Assembly: GCA_002633005.1 (NCBI GenBank)
Contig: NMRA01000006.1
Span: 1,587,742-1,651,741 of the forward strand
Reading direction: 5' to 3'
Origin: Phoronis australis
Lineage: Eukaryota; Animalia; Phoronida
Length of the DNA stretch: 64,000 bases
The translations under genes were made by a program, and so were the position numbers. Of this stretch, positions 34,673 to 48,200 are shown in pieces. The notes below the pieces were generated by a model. It made no database searches, was not told where the DNA came from, and saw only the letters and a list, made by a program, of their open reading frames with translations. The first letter of the stretch is position 1; each line of letters starts with the position of its first letter.

Positions 34673-37123
34673 CGTGAAGCACCGGAACTCAATTTCAACC
34701 CATCCGCCGAGCACCTGTTAATCGACTGTCATGTAGTTGACCAACGATCGGGTGAGAAGCTCTGGATTGGTGGTATGTCAGTGGCTGGCGACGATTATTG
34801 TTGAAGACACTTTGGTGCAGTGCGAATATAAAAATACTTTCACCCAACTAAAGATGTTACCGTCCAAATTTCGCGTAGGCAAATAATTCAAGGTTTATTG
34901 GGCATTTGTCTTTCTGAGAAATTCTATGCATCCCTCTTTGCTGGACGTAATTAATATTCTTAAATATTTCTTAGATGAATGCGTAAATCCCCCGCACACT
35001 TTAACTTCTGTACGCATGGAAACAGTAACAATCTAGAACAGAAATTTAATTCTTGAGGGCAATCGCAGAATTATGTTCTGCCGTGTTCCAACTAGGGAAC
35101 ATTTCAAAACTTACGATGTTGACTGAATGTCGTCGATTATGTTCAAATACGTTAAAAGTGGAACGAAATTTCAAAACTTTAAAAAATTTTTCATAAATTA
35201 CACAGCTATGATAGTTCGTAAGGATTGGACGATAAGCAAGTTCGAATATGAAATCGGAAGTTGACGATACATTAACTCATCACATTCTGTATACCATGTT
35301 TGCCTATAGTGAAACCCTTACTATTGTTGCGAATTCTTGCGTCTTGCATTCCCTAGCCACCCTTGGACTGGCTTTTTGTCGTCGTTATATTGGAAATTCA
35401 TGAATAAGTGGCTTCTGATAAGACGCCCGAATCGAATTCGGGAATCGAAACGGGTATAATCCGAAGTACTTTTCTTCGGTTCATGTTTCTGAAAATGTTG
35501 ACAAAATTTTTTTTAGATCCCTGGAAGATTTCTCCGTCATCGTGGTGATAAATGGTTTCAATCTGCGTTCTTGATTTGCGTCTCCGCTGGTAGCCATCCT
35601 AGGCCGCTGTGCAATATTTTACATTTCTGTATTTAGCGAGACTGTAGAGGTGCGGAAAGTGCACCCCTGAAAAGAGTTTCACGTGGCGCCGGCGCCTAAT
35701 CGGGCACACAGTAGAAATTTGTGACAACAAATTTCGATCAACACCACGGTCGGACCCAGGCACAATCGGACAAGCTCGACAGTCATGACGTAAAATGACG
35801 ATTGTCTAGTATAGGCCGACTAGGGCCCCGAGTGAACCAATTCACGGGTGGATTTCTAACATCAACTCGAAGTAATTATTCAGGAAGTCCCCGGGAATAA
35901 CTCACAACACTTTCAAACGAGGATGTACAAGATAACTTGAGTGACAGACGTCAAAGTATTTGATTTCCCCTAAACTTTGTATTTAGTTACCTATCATTTA
36001 GTCGCTTTTATTTGCTTCAATTAAGGTTCAATCTCATTGTATTTTTCTTATTTGAGTGTTTCTAGTTTCCACAAAAATACTGAAACCAACCAAAGTTAAA
36101 AGACGTGAAAAATGACAAATAATATGCGTGCAAAGAACGAAGTCCTAGAAAAGTCGTTGTTCAACTGTTATTCGCATTATGAGACTAAAATGGCGGAGAC
36201 ACGTGGCCTTTATCCTCAGGCTCGACGCGTAAGACGATCAGGCAGTAGCCAGTGTCTTTGTAATGATACATCTTCCCTGTGGGGTCGGCGTTATTTTTAA
36301 CACTTTGTACTCGAGATGGAGTCGTCTGGTCCTCCTGGTGGTCTCACGGTTTCCCGTGAGAGGCCACGCCCTTTTCTAGATTGCTAAATGTTTTGAAGCG
36401 AGCCCCGAGGCATCCGGGTAATAGCTTGAAGAAAACTGTGAACAAGCGTGTTGATTGTGACCACGGTGTTTCCTTTGAACGTGTTTCCAACAGTAGTCGG
36501 AAATTAAAAGTGGTAAATTAACTGTACCTAGTGTCCTTCTCAAATAGTCTACAGTCATTCGAACGTTGGTGTCACATAGACATCTCTATGCGTAACGCTT
36601 CCTTGAAATAGTTGTTTGTCAACAAAATGTCGACATCACACAATTAATAAAAACGTTTCCTGCATTCTATTTTTGCTAGATCCTTTTGCGTTTCAAGTTA
36701 CGACAGCTAGTGCGCTGGCCGGAAAGAAAGTTTAAACTCAATGGGACACTGACACTGTTCAGCTAAAATGAATACGTAATTAGATTCACCAGCTTATTAA
36801 TTATGATGACGAAAGCTGTTGAATATGATTTGAACTGAGTCACACCAGTAGTTCAAAATCTGAATCGTCAACCCGAACGAAAAAACGAATTTAAGACGGT
36901 TTGATATATTGAAATCACCGCCTATGAGTTCCAATACGAACACAATACACTCGTGGGTGAGTTAACTCGCTCTTTTTCAGAACAAACTTCAATATTTTTG
37001 CCAGGCAAATGTTGTCAATTAAATTGTATATTAAGGTATGTAGTTAATTGCTAATTAAGATTATATTGTCTGAGACTTTGCACTTTGTTTGAGTGACATA
37101 TAATTGTTTTTCGGAAATAATAA

Positions 37124-37213
37124 TAGCGCGCTTAAAACAAAAGAGAACCAGTTTTCTCCACTGAATAACGGCCATCAAACTGGTTCTCAAAATACGAGCA
37201 CGTTATATCCGAC
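37124..37213. mobile_element. Small palindromic repeat element, copy 1
   Basis: agttttctccactgaataacgg...aaactggttctcaaaa shared with 62033-62120; internal inverted arms gagaaccagttt/aaactggttctc. Confidence 0.65.
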
Positions 37214-37430
37214 TATTGGCAATTTCGGACTAGCCTAGACTGGCCTTTCATGACACAAACCCTTGTTGTGTAGCCAACTTTAGACGAGTCTTGTGCCGCG
37301 TTTCATACCATGGCACATCCAAGAAAAAAACTGCAAAAAAATTAGATTCCATTGGCTAAATATTCGAGACAGAAATTAATATCAAACATTTGATCCAAAC
37401 GTTGTAGCAATGGCACGTTTTAACACAGCG

Positions 37431-37432
<2 letters not shown>

Positions 37433-37464
<32 letters not shown>
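37433..37464. repeat. (TG)n microsatellite
   Basis: Direct observation. Confidence 0.95.
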
Positions 37465-37469
<5 letters not shown>

Positions 37470-39469
37470 GCAAAATGGAATAGTTGCAACGGCGACCTGA
37501 TTACCTGGAATGCTTTGGACGCGTCGTTAAAAGTTAGCGCATGAATAAAAAATGGACTCTCTGACTTTAGAGTACTAGAAAATAGGGAGCGTTGCTTTGG
37601 TAACGACGTCAGAAGAGCAAAGATTATCGCATAGTCAAAGGTTTATTCGTCTCAAAAATTGCTCTACAAGCAAACTTTTGTGTCCATGATGCAGCTATTT
37701 AAAGTTCGTGGCAATTTCGTATGGTTTATGCAAATAAATGTTTGGAAACGATTATCATGCGTCAAGGTGTTGAAACACAAAGAGGTGAGATCTGTTAAGG
37801 ACGAAAAAGACAAGGTTATGCTTTTGCTTCAGAAAACAATGAACTATTCCTATAAATATGCAGTCGAGTGCAATGATCTATTTTTTCCACACACTCACAC
37901 CATTAGCCTTACCTGAAACCTGATATCTGTCGGATCTGATAACAAATTATGTATTTAGAGTCCACGTAGTACAAGCTATCACTCGTCCGGTGATGATCTC
38001 GCTGTCACAATTTCGAGTAATTTAAAAGATTTACGTCAGAGATCAAAGCTCAAGAATAATGACGAAGCATCATCTCAGAAATCCCTATTGCCGCTATTCG
38101 TTGGAAATTTAAGAAATACAGTCTGTAAAAACCATAATGTGATGACATCTTTAATGACCACCCATCATTAACATTATAACAGGAGTCTGTAATCGGGTCA
38201 ATCTTGTTTCCATCAAGCGCTCGTCTGAAAATGCTATTTTACGAAAAAACACACAGCGCGCCATTTGGGAAATGAAGTCAACTTCTGTTCCTTGAAGCAG
38301 TATATTAGAAAAAGAAGGCGGTTATAGATGCACGGTCGCCAGATGTAGTCCAATATTTATACCTGGGCCGGCCCATGTGTTTTATTCAAAGATAGCATAT
38401 ACCGAGTTCAGAGATGGGATTTTTGTGGGAATGTAGATAGGGCGTCTGATAACAAAAGCAGACCAGCCACTTAAAACGAACTTTCTCAAAGGCGTACTGT
38501 CCTGCCGCCTTACGAGTAGTTAGCATAAAAACTAATATGCAAAATTACAATATTTTGGCCGATCACCTCAGTTCAAGGTAAGAAGACAGATCTGCCTTCT
38601 GATTTGGAGGCGGACAATAGTAAGGCAGGTTACATATGACGTCCGATCTGCCTTCCGGTCGAAGGCATGTGAACGCTGTGTTAATTTAACTAAACCAGCG
38701 GAGCATGTATGCTTTCAAATTTCAAATGGTGTTCACTAAGTTAAGATGAACTCCAACCAACAAAGGAAGTAAGGTTAGCTTAATACTCGAGATATGCTGT
38801 ACGATTGTTTCACCCTCAAGCCAGAAAGTGGGCTTTTTATCCCCTGGTTACGTGTTGTCAACCAAATTTGTGCTAAATTTGTTTTACATCGTTCTTGCCT
38901 TTTCAGATTATTTTAAAGAAATATATTATCTCTCGCGAACTCTGCCAGATGGTAGTGTGTGTGGTATGTATCATGGGGCGTGTGCGCTATGTCTACGACA
39001 CCAGACACATGAGTATTCAAGCCTTTTGTAGCACTGTTTAAAATCGCATTTCATCGATAAAAATCTAAATTTGTTGCCTAAGTGATTATTCATTGTCACA
39101 GAAAATGATTAATTGTTCCTCCTGTTGCTTCTGCGGCGTGGCACTCGTATTTATTTAAAGATGCATACGCGAGTTTCGCGAAATACTGGGGCGCGTTCCG
39201 TGAACTAAAAACAACTGGTCCTGGCGTAGTGTCACGTGACTGATTTGACTTCTAAAACGTCCGTCCTGCATCAGAGAACAAGTGGTATCCTACTAACAAT
39301 ATTGCGAAAGATAACGCATCAGTAGCGCTACTTGAGCAACATTCGCGACGAGAAAGTGATTTTACAGAAACTAGTAGCAGGGAACCAACCCACTAATTGC
39401 GTAGGCGCAGCGGAACGCTCTACCGCTGCTATGAGTCAAATCCCAGAGCATTTTAAGTGTATTTAGATG

Positions 39470-39668
39470 TTAAAGACACCGACCTTGATTTGAGCGAATG
39501 CTTGGCAGACAACGGCGAGAATTGTCGTTTTGTAATAAATCACAGAACTACAACAGATTATGTTGTTTTACAGCTCCGATCATAGCTAATTACTTCATGA
39601 AGTCTATCCGATCCAACAATAATCCGAAAATGCGTTTTTCTGCCGTAATACCTATAGTGTACCTTTAA
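39470..39668 (+). mobile_element. TTAA-flanked MITE (Kolobok-like), best-preserved copy
   Basis: TTAA|ag...ct|TTAA ends; homologous segments at about 14544, 24520, 29501 (inverted) and 45049. Confidence 0.7.
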
Positions 39669-42600
39669 TCAATTTAGTCCTACTCGGAATCTAATACATT
39701 ACTGACTTGCAACAAACAAACATTTTAACAGCCTCGTTAAAAATATCATAACTTGCATTTCAACTTTTTTGTACAAAAACTTTTTTCTTTAAGAAAAGCG
39801 CGTTTTGGTGAAAACTTGACTCCTGCCTTTGCCGCCTCCCTAGGCATGCTTTTCATATCGTCCTCGTTTCAAGTTTAGGGAAAGAGTGTGTAACACAGCT
39901 TCCAAGATCATGATCAACAAAGTGCTACTCATGGTGAACGACAGAACGCGTCTTGCCTAAATATTCTAACATAAGAAAAAGACAAAATCTACGCCACTAA
40001 GAACTTGTTAGTCAAGCAAGAAAGAAAAATATGTCAAAATTAATGTAAAAAGAACACTTCGAAAAATGACTTAATAAGTCATAATATGCTGTTTTTGTCG
40101 TATCCACATATGTGATTGCGTTTTGAAAACGGTTCAACGGTCATTTGGTTGATTCTGACCTCACATAATTTCGATTTCAGCCACTTACAGGCTAGCAACA
40201 AAACTGCCGCAAATGCGATATTTATTGAGCATTTTCAAATTTCCTGACTAGCTTTTCGTTCATTTTGTACTCATGAGTTGTCAAGTCTGAGAACGAAAAC
40301 GTGAAATTTAAAATTCGACGACACTTCCGTGTTTCTCCAAAATGCAAAAGTGCCGACGGTTTCTGAACAGAGGCGTAGGATTGGTCTCATTGTAGTCATT
40401 GTTTAAAGTTCTTTATCGTGTAGTTATGATAGCTCCTCGTGAATGTATGAACTTACCTAATGCTCCTTATGTTTTATTGTCTGTAATTTTAAGACACCTT
40501 TGATTGCCATATCATAGACGAATATCCGTTATGCAGCCATCGAAAATTCGGCCTTAAAGTACTTCCCAAAAAGGTCACCAGTTGATATAGGGCAAGACGA
40601 ATTATCCCAACTGCTTAGACAAGTCGAAATGTAATTCGGAGAGGATGTCAATCCTGAAGCGCCACAATTTATGAAGATGTTTTCGATTTTGCAATACTCC
40701 GTTCATCAGCCTACCCGATTTAGGCATTGGGAAGCATCAGGAATGAAATTTTGCCAGCTTAGAGTACTCTTTCCGATGAGGCTAGATAGTACTCGAGTGA
40801 ATCACGCTATAATAAATTATGGAAATATTTCATTATAACGTGAAATATAAGACTTAAAAGCTTTAGGAATGTAGAAGAAAATCGTCGGTAGATGAGTTTA
40901 CAACAGTAATTAGGTCGTATAGGCAGTAAGTCGGGCGGTTGTCGTTAGGTTATCGAAAGCGTAGGTCGGGAGTCGGTGTCAAAATCACCAATCGTTACTA
41001 ATGATCTTGTGAAAAATCGCCAGATCATGCTACGAATCCGGATAGAACTCAATCGGCGGAATCGACCGAGCATCTCTCAATAAATGAGCAGTTTTGTATT
41101 CGGGCACAATGACACGTGATATTGAGGATTGCGGGCTTTGGTAACAGAATGGTATAAACTCGCCTGGCATTTGCTATAAGTTGTTCGAATGTAAAACGCT
41201 TAGTGAAATACATGATGGATGAAACCAACTTTTACATTAGATTGTTAAAAACTTTTCACAATTACAATAAGTTGCTTTAGTCTCGTTTGGCTTTCTGATA
41301 AGGCGGTTTTCTTCAAAGTTTTCTCCAGTAACGAAATTCTAGAAATGACCTTTTGTGGACGCCCCTTGAGATAAGTAAGCAGACGACAAATGAATACATC
41401 CCTTTGCGGAGCAAATAATCCCATTAAGCATTCGATTGTGTAGTTTAAAAACAAAGGTCGATTAATTCGCAGAGCAAATTAGTACTGTTTTATTTTCAAT
41501 ATCAACCACACTCTTATAAATAAGTAAAAGACAAAAAGGATTATCACAAAAGGACTCTCCCTGCCCTTAGGCACAGACCCTAAAGGCAGGATGTTTACAA
41601 TTCAGCAGGCAAATTTTGCTATCTAGGTAATTAAAAGGTGGTTGTCGAATGACGCAGTGGAGTAATTCGGTCGGAAATACAAAGGTTTTCACTCGCAATG
41701 GAACAAAACACGGTAAAAATAATGCCGTGAAAGAAGTGAAAGATAAAGGAACAATGAAAGTCGATTGGAATTCAACATCGCGTCCGCAGTACAAGAGAAA
41801 TAACCAGGGTGCCAATTCGTAATGAAAAAAGATAGGTCACACCCATTTTATAATGGTAGTTATAATTATAAGACATGGTTTAGTGCACAAACTGTCGTAG
41901 TCTGGAATACAACCTGCAACAATGTCGAAACGACGATTTTAAGTTGCTCTAGTAAATACATTGCATTTATCTTAGTCTTTCCTCACGTTTATCCTGACCA
42001 CAGTATGAGAATTGCAGCAACTTGCGTTATCGTGACAGTTTTTGATCTAACAAGACGAATAGAAATACACATGTATAGCTTATGATATGTGTTTTGAGCT
42101 CCAGGAACTTTTTTACACTGGACAAAAATAAACTATATAATGAGTTTAAAAACTGACATGATTTTTCGCTCGTAAACCGTTTTGTCTTACGCAGTCTATT
42201 TTTGAAAAATATAGAATGTCAACTCCAAACAGTAACCAAATTGCCTTCATTTGGAAATTAATTAGAATACTCGACAACTACCTTACTTATGAGTAAACCT
42301 GTATTCGAAAATTCCTGGTATAATAGTTGTTTTGTTTTACCACTGATAACAACAGTACCAGTACACGAACAAGGTTATTTGTCAATCTTTCGCCCACAAA
42401 TGGACAATCGCCGCAACTAAATTTAGATCGACGACAACGTTCCCGGGGAGATGAATTCTGAATTTCGGCCATTTTCTGTCTGGCCCAAAGTTCAGACTGA
42501 GATTTCTCATAACGTACTCGCTATAGCGCATGTTTCTTTATGTCCGAACTAATGGTTACACGTCTGGGGTTTACCTACCGCGACACGGAGGAATTAATTT

Positions 42601-44692
42601 CTTGCCAATTTTAAGAACAGTCTCGTGAAGTGCAAAACATGTGAAAATAATGTGAACACACGGTTCAGACGCTGAGCGTTATACTTCACTTACATTTTCA
42701 CCTGTCAATGTACGTTCACGGCTAAACAAAACATTTTCACCATTTCAGCAATCAAAAAACTGCTTTTTAACTTCCCAATTAGGAATTAAACTTTTAAACA
42801 AAAGGTGAATAAATGTCCTATCATAAGAAATGGCATATTTAATTATAGGCATGTTTTTCATTGTATTCACATATAGCGTTTTGTTACCAGGAGTGTTGTA
42901 GTTTGGCGTTAGTAGTAGCGATAACAGCGAACTCAACGGTGAATACTCCTCTTATAGTAATCTTGATTGTAATTCTCTCATGGAGGAATTTTCATTTACT
43001 TAAGCGGCATGAACTCACAATTCACCAGTCAAAAAACGAAAAATGAACAAGCCACCTGTCACTTGATTTACCGGTTCACTCGACAACGATTCAAGATCGG
43101 ATAAGTGAGGTAATGTTTTAAATCTCAAAGAGCTTTAGTTAAGAATTCAATACAGACAAGAAAACGGTGGCGAAATGCCCCTTTAAAATTTACATTGGGT
43201 GCTGTTTACATATTAGGTAATACAACTAATAGACATTCTGTGAGGGTGAGAGTCGAATAATTGCGATCTTCACTGTAATCGAGGCGTGGAATAAGGGTCA
43301 TATTGTGGTCGTAAAAGAACTCATATTTTTGGCTTCTAAACTGCTTCGTTCCTGTTTCATCTTTCTTAGAAGTTGGGCACGTTTGGCCTGATGATGTAGC
43401 GTGAAATATAACCATGCCTATTCTCGTCTACCGCGATTTTTGTGATATACTTTAAGAGTGGCCACACAAACTGTTTTTGCTTAAAAAAACATTGCGTTTA
43501 CGAATGATTTTGTGTAAGGAATTATACGTCTTGACTGCTTCGTCCCGTTATCTTTTTGATCGTCTTTGCCTAAGTTACTTCTTTTTGCTCTGATGCTTTG
43601 ACCCTGCCAAAGCCTAGCTTCTTTGAGCGCTTCCGCAAATTTGACAACCGCTGTGCATTTTTGTAGCTGAGATTGTCCCGTCTGTTCAAGGGGCTATCAA
43701 TCTGAATTCCCTCTGCCAAAGATAACTTTTGATTTACGTCACTTGCTGTTCTAAAATCGCTCTCATCTTGTTACGGCCTTGTTCTTAGGCTTGACAGGTC
43801 GTCGTTGCTTGAAACCAGGACGCCAAGACAGTACGACCGCCAGAGCACTTTCAGGCAACTCCTTGTCGCAATTTCAATTCAAACGAAGATTTTTTAACGT
43901 AACGATGTTGCTTTAGAACAAATATGCGACTGTGGCGAAAACTGATGTTTTAACACCATGCAAAAATAAAAAAGTGCAACGACTCGATTTCCAAAGGCTC
44001 AAACGGAGCTTCATATTCATGCACTATAGTATTTTTGACTTAAATGGAGAATTTCGGTTTAACATTTAAACTGAAAAACATCCTGCCAGTGTTTTTCAGA
44101 GGGAGTGTTATGCCAAGAAATGGTAGACCTGTTTCGGTAGACTCATTCTTCCCCTAAGCAACCGATAGTATGTGATCAGTTTTGCTGTTAGTAACTTCTA
44201 GGTTCCGTAAAGTAATTTTTGTTGAATAAATTTTTTTAATTTAATTTGCCTACGTGATGACTAAACTCTGATAACATATTGAAGGTACAAGCGGTCTGTC
44301 CAAATTTGGGAAGCACTTGTTTGTGAGACTTTCAACTGTGTGTACGTTTTCGCGGCAAAATCACTACTTCTATCCACCACAAAACGCCTTGACCACAGGT
44401 TTCTAGCGGTTTTTGTTTATTTTTCATCACTTGTCGGTGGTCACATTAACGACATTGGTTATAAGACGTGACAAAATTACCATAATTGACATGACGTTAT
44501 CTATTAAAAGAAGTTGTAATGAGGTCTACTAACCAATCGCACCACGTGTTGGTCAAGGCCTTGGGGCGTATACGTCAACTTGGGCGAAAAAAGATAGTGC
44601 GGATATACATCTATCCAATCTTTTCAGCAACAGTTACCTCGGGAGACAATAGGAAGTTGACCCTTGTGTTGTTTTTGATATTAAGTCTTTAA

Positions 44693-44897
44693 AGCCCTGT
44701 GTGCACTCCGATTTTTTTACTTCGTATACGACTGTCGTGTACGACTAATCAGAGTGTATAGACAAGTGCTTCAATACAATATTTCGAGCCAAAAAGTCGC
44801 ATACAATGGCGTGCACGGCAATCGGAAGGTGTAGATCGCAGTCCAAAAGTCGCAAGCGAGGTCGTACACGAAGAAACCGTATCGTGAAGACAGGATT
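44693..44897. mobile_element. Degenerate PIF/Harbinger-like MITE
   Basis: taa|agccctgtgtgcac ... gtgaagacaggat|taa; internal inverted tcgtgtacgac/gtcgtacacga. Confidence 0.45.
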
Positions 44898-45048
44898 AAA
44901 GGATATTCTCGGCGAAAAATCAGTTTTACAGAATTTACCAGTACCGCGTAATCGAAAACACTAGTTTCGCAAAACCAGCCGAATTTTTTCCTCTGAACCA
45001 AATACACGCGTTAATATCAGCATATTTTAAATGCATTTATATCATTCA

Positions 45049-45266
45049 TAAGACACCTACATGATTTCAATAAATATCTGACTGACAACGGCGAGAATGG
45101 ATGACTAACAAAATCACAAAATCACAACGAACCTTGTTGTTTTATAACTCTGATTAAAGCTAGTTTTATTAGTCTGGTCAAAATTACCAACACCAAGAAG
45201 TGTATCCCATCCGACAATGATCCAAAAATGTGTTTTTCTGTCGTAAAAATGATAACGTTCCTTTAA
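45049..45266 (+). mobile_element. Copy of the Kolobok-like MITE family
   Basis: agacacc...gacaacggcgagaat...tgtttttctgtcgtaa...cctttaa. Confidence 0.6.
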
Positions 45267-48200
45267 GTCATGCAAACGCCAGACAGAACGTTCTCATATT
45301 GACGATAGACTAACGTAACATTTTCCCATCTTCCAAAACAATGCCGGAAATTCAGGGAAGAATTCATATTCAGAATTTCGGTATGGGCAATCGGAAAAGT
45401 TTCAAGCGGGTGGTTTTGATCTCTGGTTTGTCCACATGCACATTATAATCACGGTAATATCGACCCAGGACAGTGAACCCGTTTTCAAAATAAAGCGTAA
45501 TATTGGAAATTGTACATGTAGGTTGAACTACGTCAGGAGGGTTTAAGAACTGGCGGGAATGAGAACGTGAGTCTGGTGAGTCTGAAACCGATGGAAAGTG
45601 GGGCGACCACCCGTCAATGCCAGCGCATCCGGTGTCGGTCGGCCAGACGACAATAATTCCCACACGTGCTGCATGGCTGCCGCTTAAATTTGCTATATGT
45701 TCTACCTTCAATGTTGCCATCAAAAGAACCATCATCTGTTCTATTTTAGTGACTTTCACAAACGTTCGCTGCGCAAAATTACAGAAATCCGTCGTTTAAG
45801 CGGTTGAAAGCCGCGTTATGTCAAAAAGCCACTGTTTAGACCGCTTACCCCTATAAAATTGGTCTCAAATTCTTCCTCACTGAGATGTGAAACGATGTTT
45901 AGGTTTGCAATGAACTGAAGTTCGCTATTCCTTGAAACCATGCTAGAAACATAAAATGGCGTGCCGTTACAAGCAAACTTGTAGAGCCTGGACTCGGGCA
46001 ATAACGAAATATCAGTTATTTCGAAGCCTAAAATCACCTTAAATTTGATTAATTTAAGGAATAACTCGAGACCAATTGCATGATGGTAAATGGTCTGAAA
46101 TCAACCGTGATGGGAGGTGGGTTCATAGCCACTTCAGTAACTTCACTCAAAAATCAATAACAGATAATCATCTTTTTGTGAATGTTGTGTATGCGTGAAC
46201 CTTGACCCCATGTCGCATGCATATTAGTTTCAGCTGCCCCAGCCGATGCCACAATCAGCGGGTTTCCTCAGCCAAAGGTCTTGTCTGCATGTTGACGTAA
46301 TTTGCAGAGGGTTCATGAATCAAAAATACCACATAGCAGTGATAATCGAAAAGAACATAACAGTGTCGGTAAACATTGGGAAGAGCCTTCGCGAATCGTT
46401 CCGTCGTTGTGAAAAGCACAAGCACCATCTTTTGTTTCTTTGGACAATGCATTTACGACAGGTAACGTTATGCAAAACAGCACGTGATTAGGCCAAAATT
46501 GATGGGGCACAAATGCGACGTGGTTGTAGTTGACAAAGCCGACATCGTCTACCACCACATCGATGTTGCGAATTTCCTTCCTCATCTATACCATTGTACA
46601 CAAACATTTACGATTTTTCGGACATCAGGCACCTGATGGACACTAGTAGGCAAGCTCCGACAAAACTTGTTCTCCTGACAATCAAGAATTAATGTCTTTA
46701 GCTCAGGCGTAAAAACATGTAAAGCATGATATTCGGCACCAGCGTTGGCCCGGTGTCGGGTGAAAAGTTCGAGAACCAGTGGTCTAGATTCACTTCTTTT
46801 GTGCACTGAACAAGCGATATGGTTTTCTCGAATCAAAAATAGCTTTTCAATACTCACCTCGGGGAATGCCGGGACGCGACTTGGTTGCTCAGGGCATCCG
46901 TCTGGGGCAACGTTAGAGGCGCGTTAATTAATAATAAAAACAAAACGACTTAATTATGTATAATTAGGCGGGATCTCTACTACACAAATCTGAATATTAG
47001 AGATACTTTCGAACGGAAGTGCCGAGGGCCACCCAATAAGGCTGATTAAGGAGTGCCTCCAGATGAGAGTGCCCGGGGTGCGCCTAGACTTTCGTCTCGA
47101 CACATATTTTTACTTGATTATTACGAGTATCGCGATTGCGCGTCTGTCATTTGAAATTTTTATTTCGCTCATCGATCCATGTTCATTATCTCAAAAATAC
47201 TGGCTATTTTTGCTTAGATGTCTCGTGGTTTGGATTTTTTATTTGCACGCAAAAACAGCGTTTCTAATTTATAATGGGGCATTTGATGCTGATAACGTTT
47301 AGCGTTTGAAACAAACACCAGACAGAGGTGAAGGAAGGTGCGCTCTTGAGTTGAAAGAGACTTGCCTATTTTAAAGGACTTAACATTCTGTTAACTTTGA
47401 ATTGTTAACATGTTTAAGAAACATAGTAGTTTTAAATGTTAGATAATAATTTTCAGAAAAAAATGAACCTTTAAGCCACTGCGCTTCACGTTAGTTACCT
47501 TTCAAACATCATGCACGAAGGCGCGTGTCTGCCAGGGATCAGGTAATATTTTAAGTAAAACAGGATTCTCTAACTCATGAACTCGTCCAAAAGATCATAA
47601 ACTCCATAACTTAAAACTGTATTTCCTCCGAAAGACAATATCAAAGCTAGGCAACACATTCCAACAAAATCGGTCACGAAATCTCCTTGATGACGTTGGG
47701 ACTTCATATTCGTGACCACCAAAAGCATCCGCAGCATTTACGTGTCGAAAATGCTGCAGAAAATCAGGGGGCTGTCCATCCCTTCAATACATATTTGACT
47801 TCCGGCTGGCTCATTGTTGACACCGACGCTGTAACAGCAATGTATGTCGAAAGGATGTACAGTTTTGATCACCTTTGGAAGTGTAGAAGAGGACAATTTG
47901 GCATGTTTTACATGCGGCGAAAGGTGTTTTGAACCTTTTACGAAGCTCTGGCCAAGTCGCACAATGAAAGAACTGTGCGTCTGACAGCGAGAATCGCTGT
48001 TGTGTAGCTTCTTTTTCCTGTTTCTGTCATCATTGCTGAAGTCAAATGGTTAATGGTTACATATCTGGGATGGGGACTGAGAGCGGTGCTCTTCTCAATC
48101 ATCATAGCACAGTTATCAGCACGGAAAAGCGAAAGAGCACAAACCGGCTCAGTGATAACCTCGGAATTCGCTCACTGCGTCACACTTTCGGTTTTAGGAA

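Noticed and set aside
38904-38964. Plus-strand exon-like segment DYFKEIYYLSRTLPDGSVC
   Set aside because: Splice signals are plausible but no partner exons or homology could be supported.
42287-42472. 61-aa ORF with a good ATG context and a hydrophobic stretch as a small gene
   Set aside because: No recognisable family, and I could not build a consistent downstream exon chain.
43389-43415. CTGATGA...GAAA as a second hammerhead (similar case on the minus strand near 40680-40710)
   Set aside because: No convincing stem I or stem II pairing.
46400-46600. Resemblance to a GIY-YIG Cys motif (minus strand) or a GT61/EOGT segment (plus strand)
   Set aside because: Only a few residues match and in-frame stops are present; too weak to call without a search.
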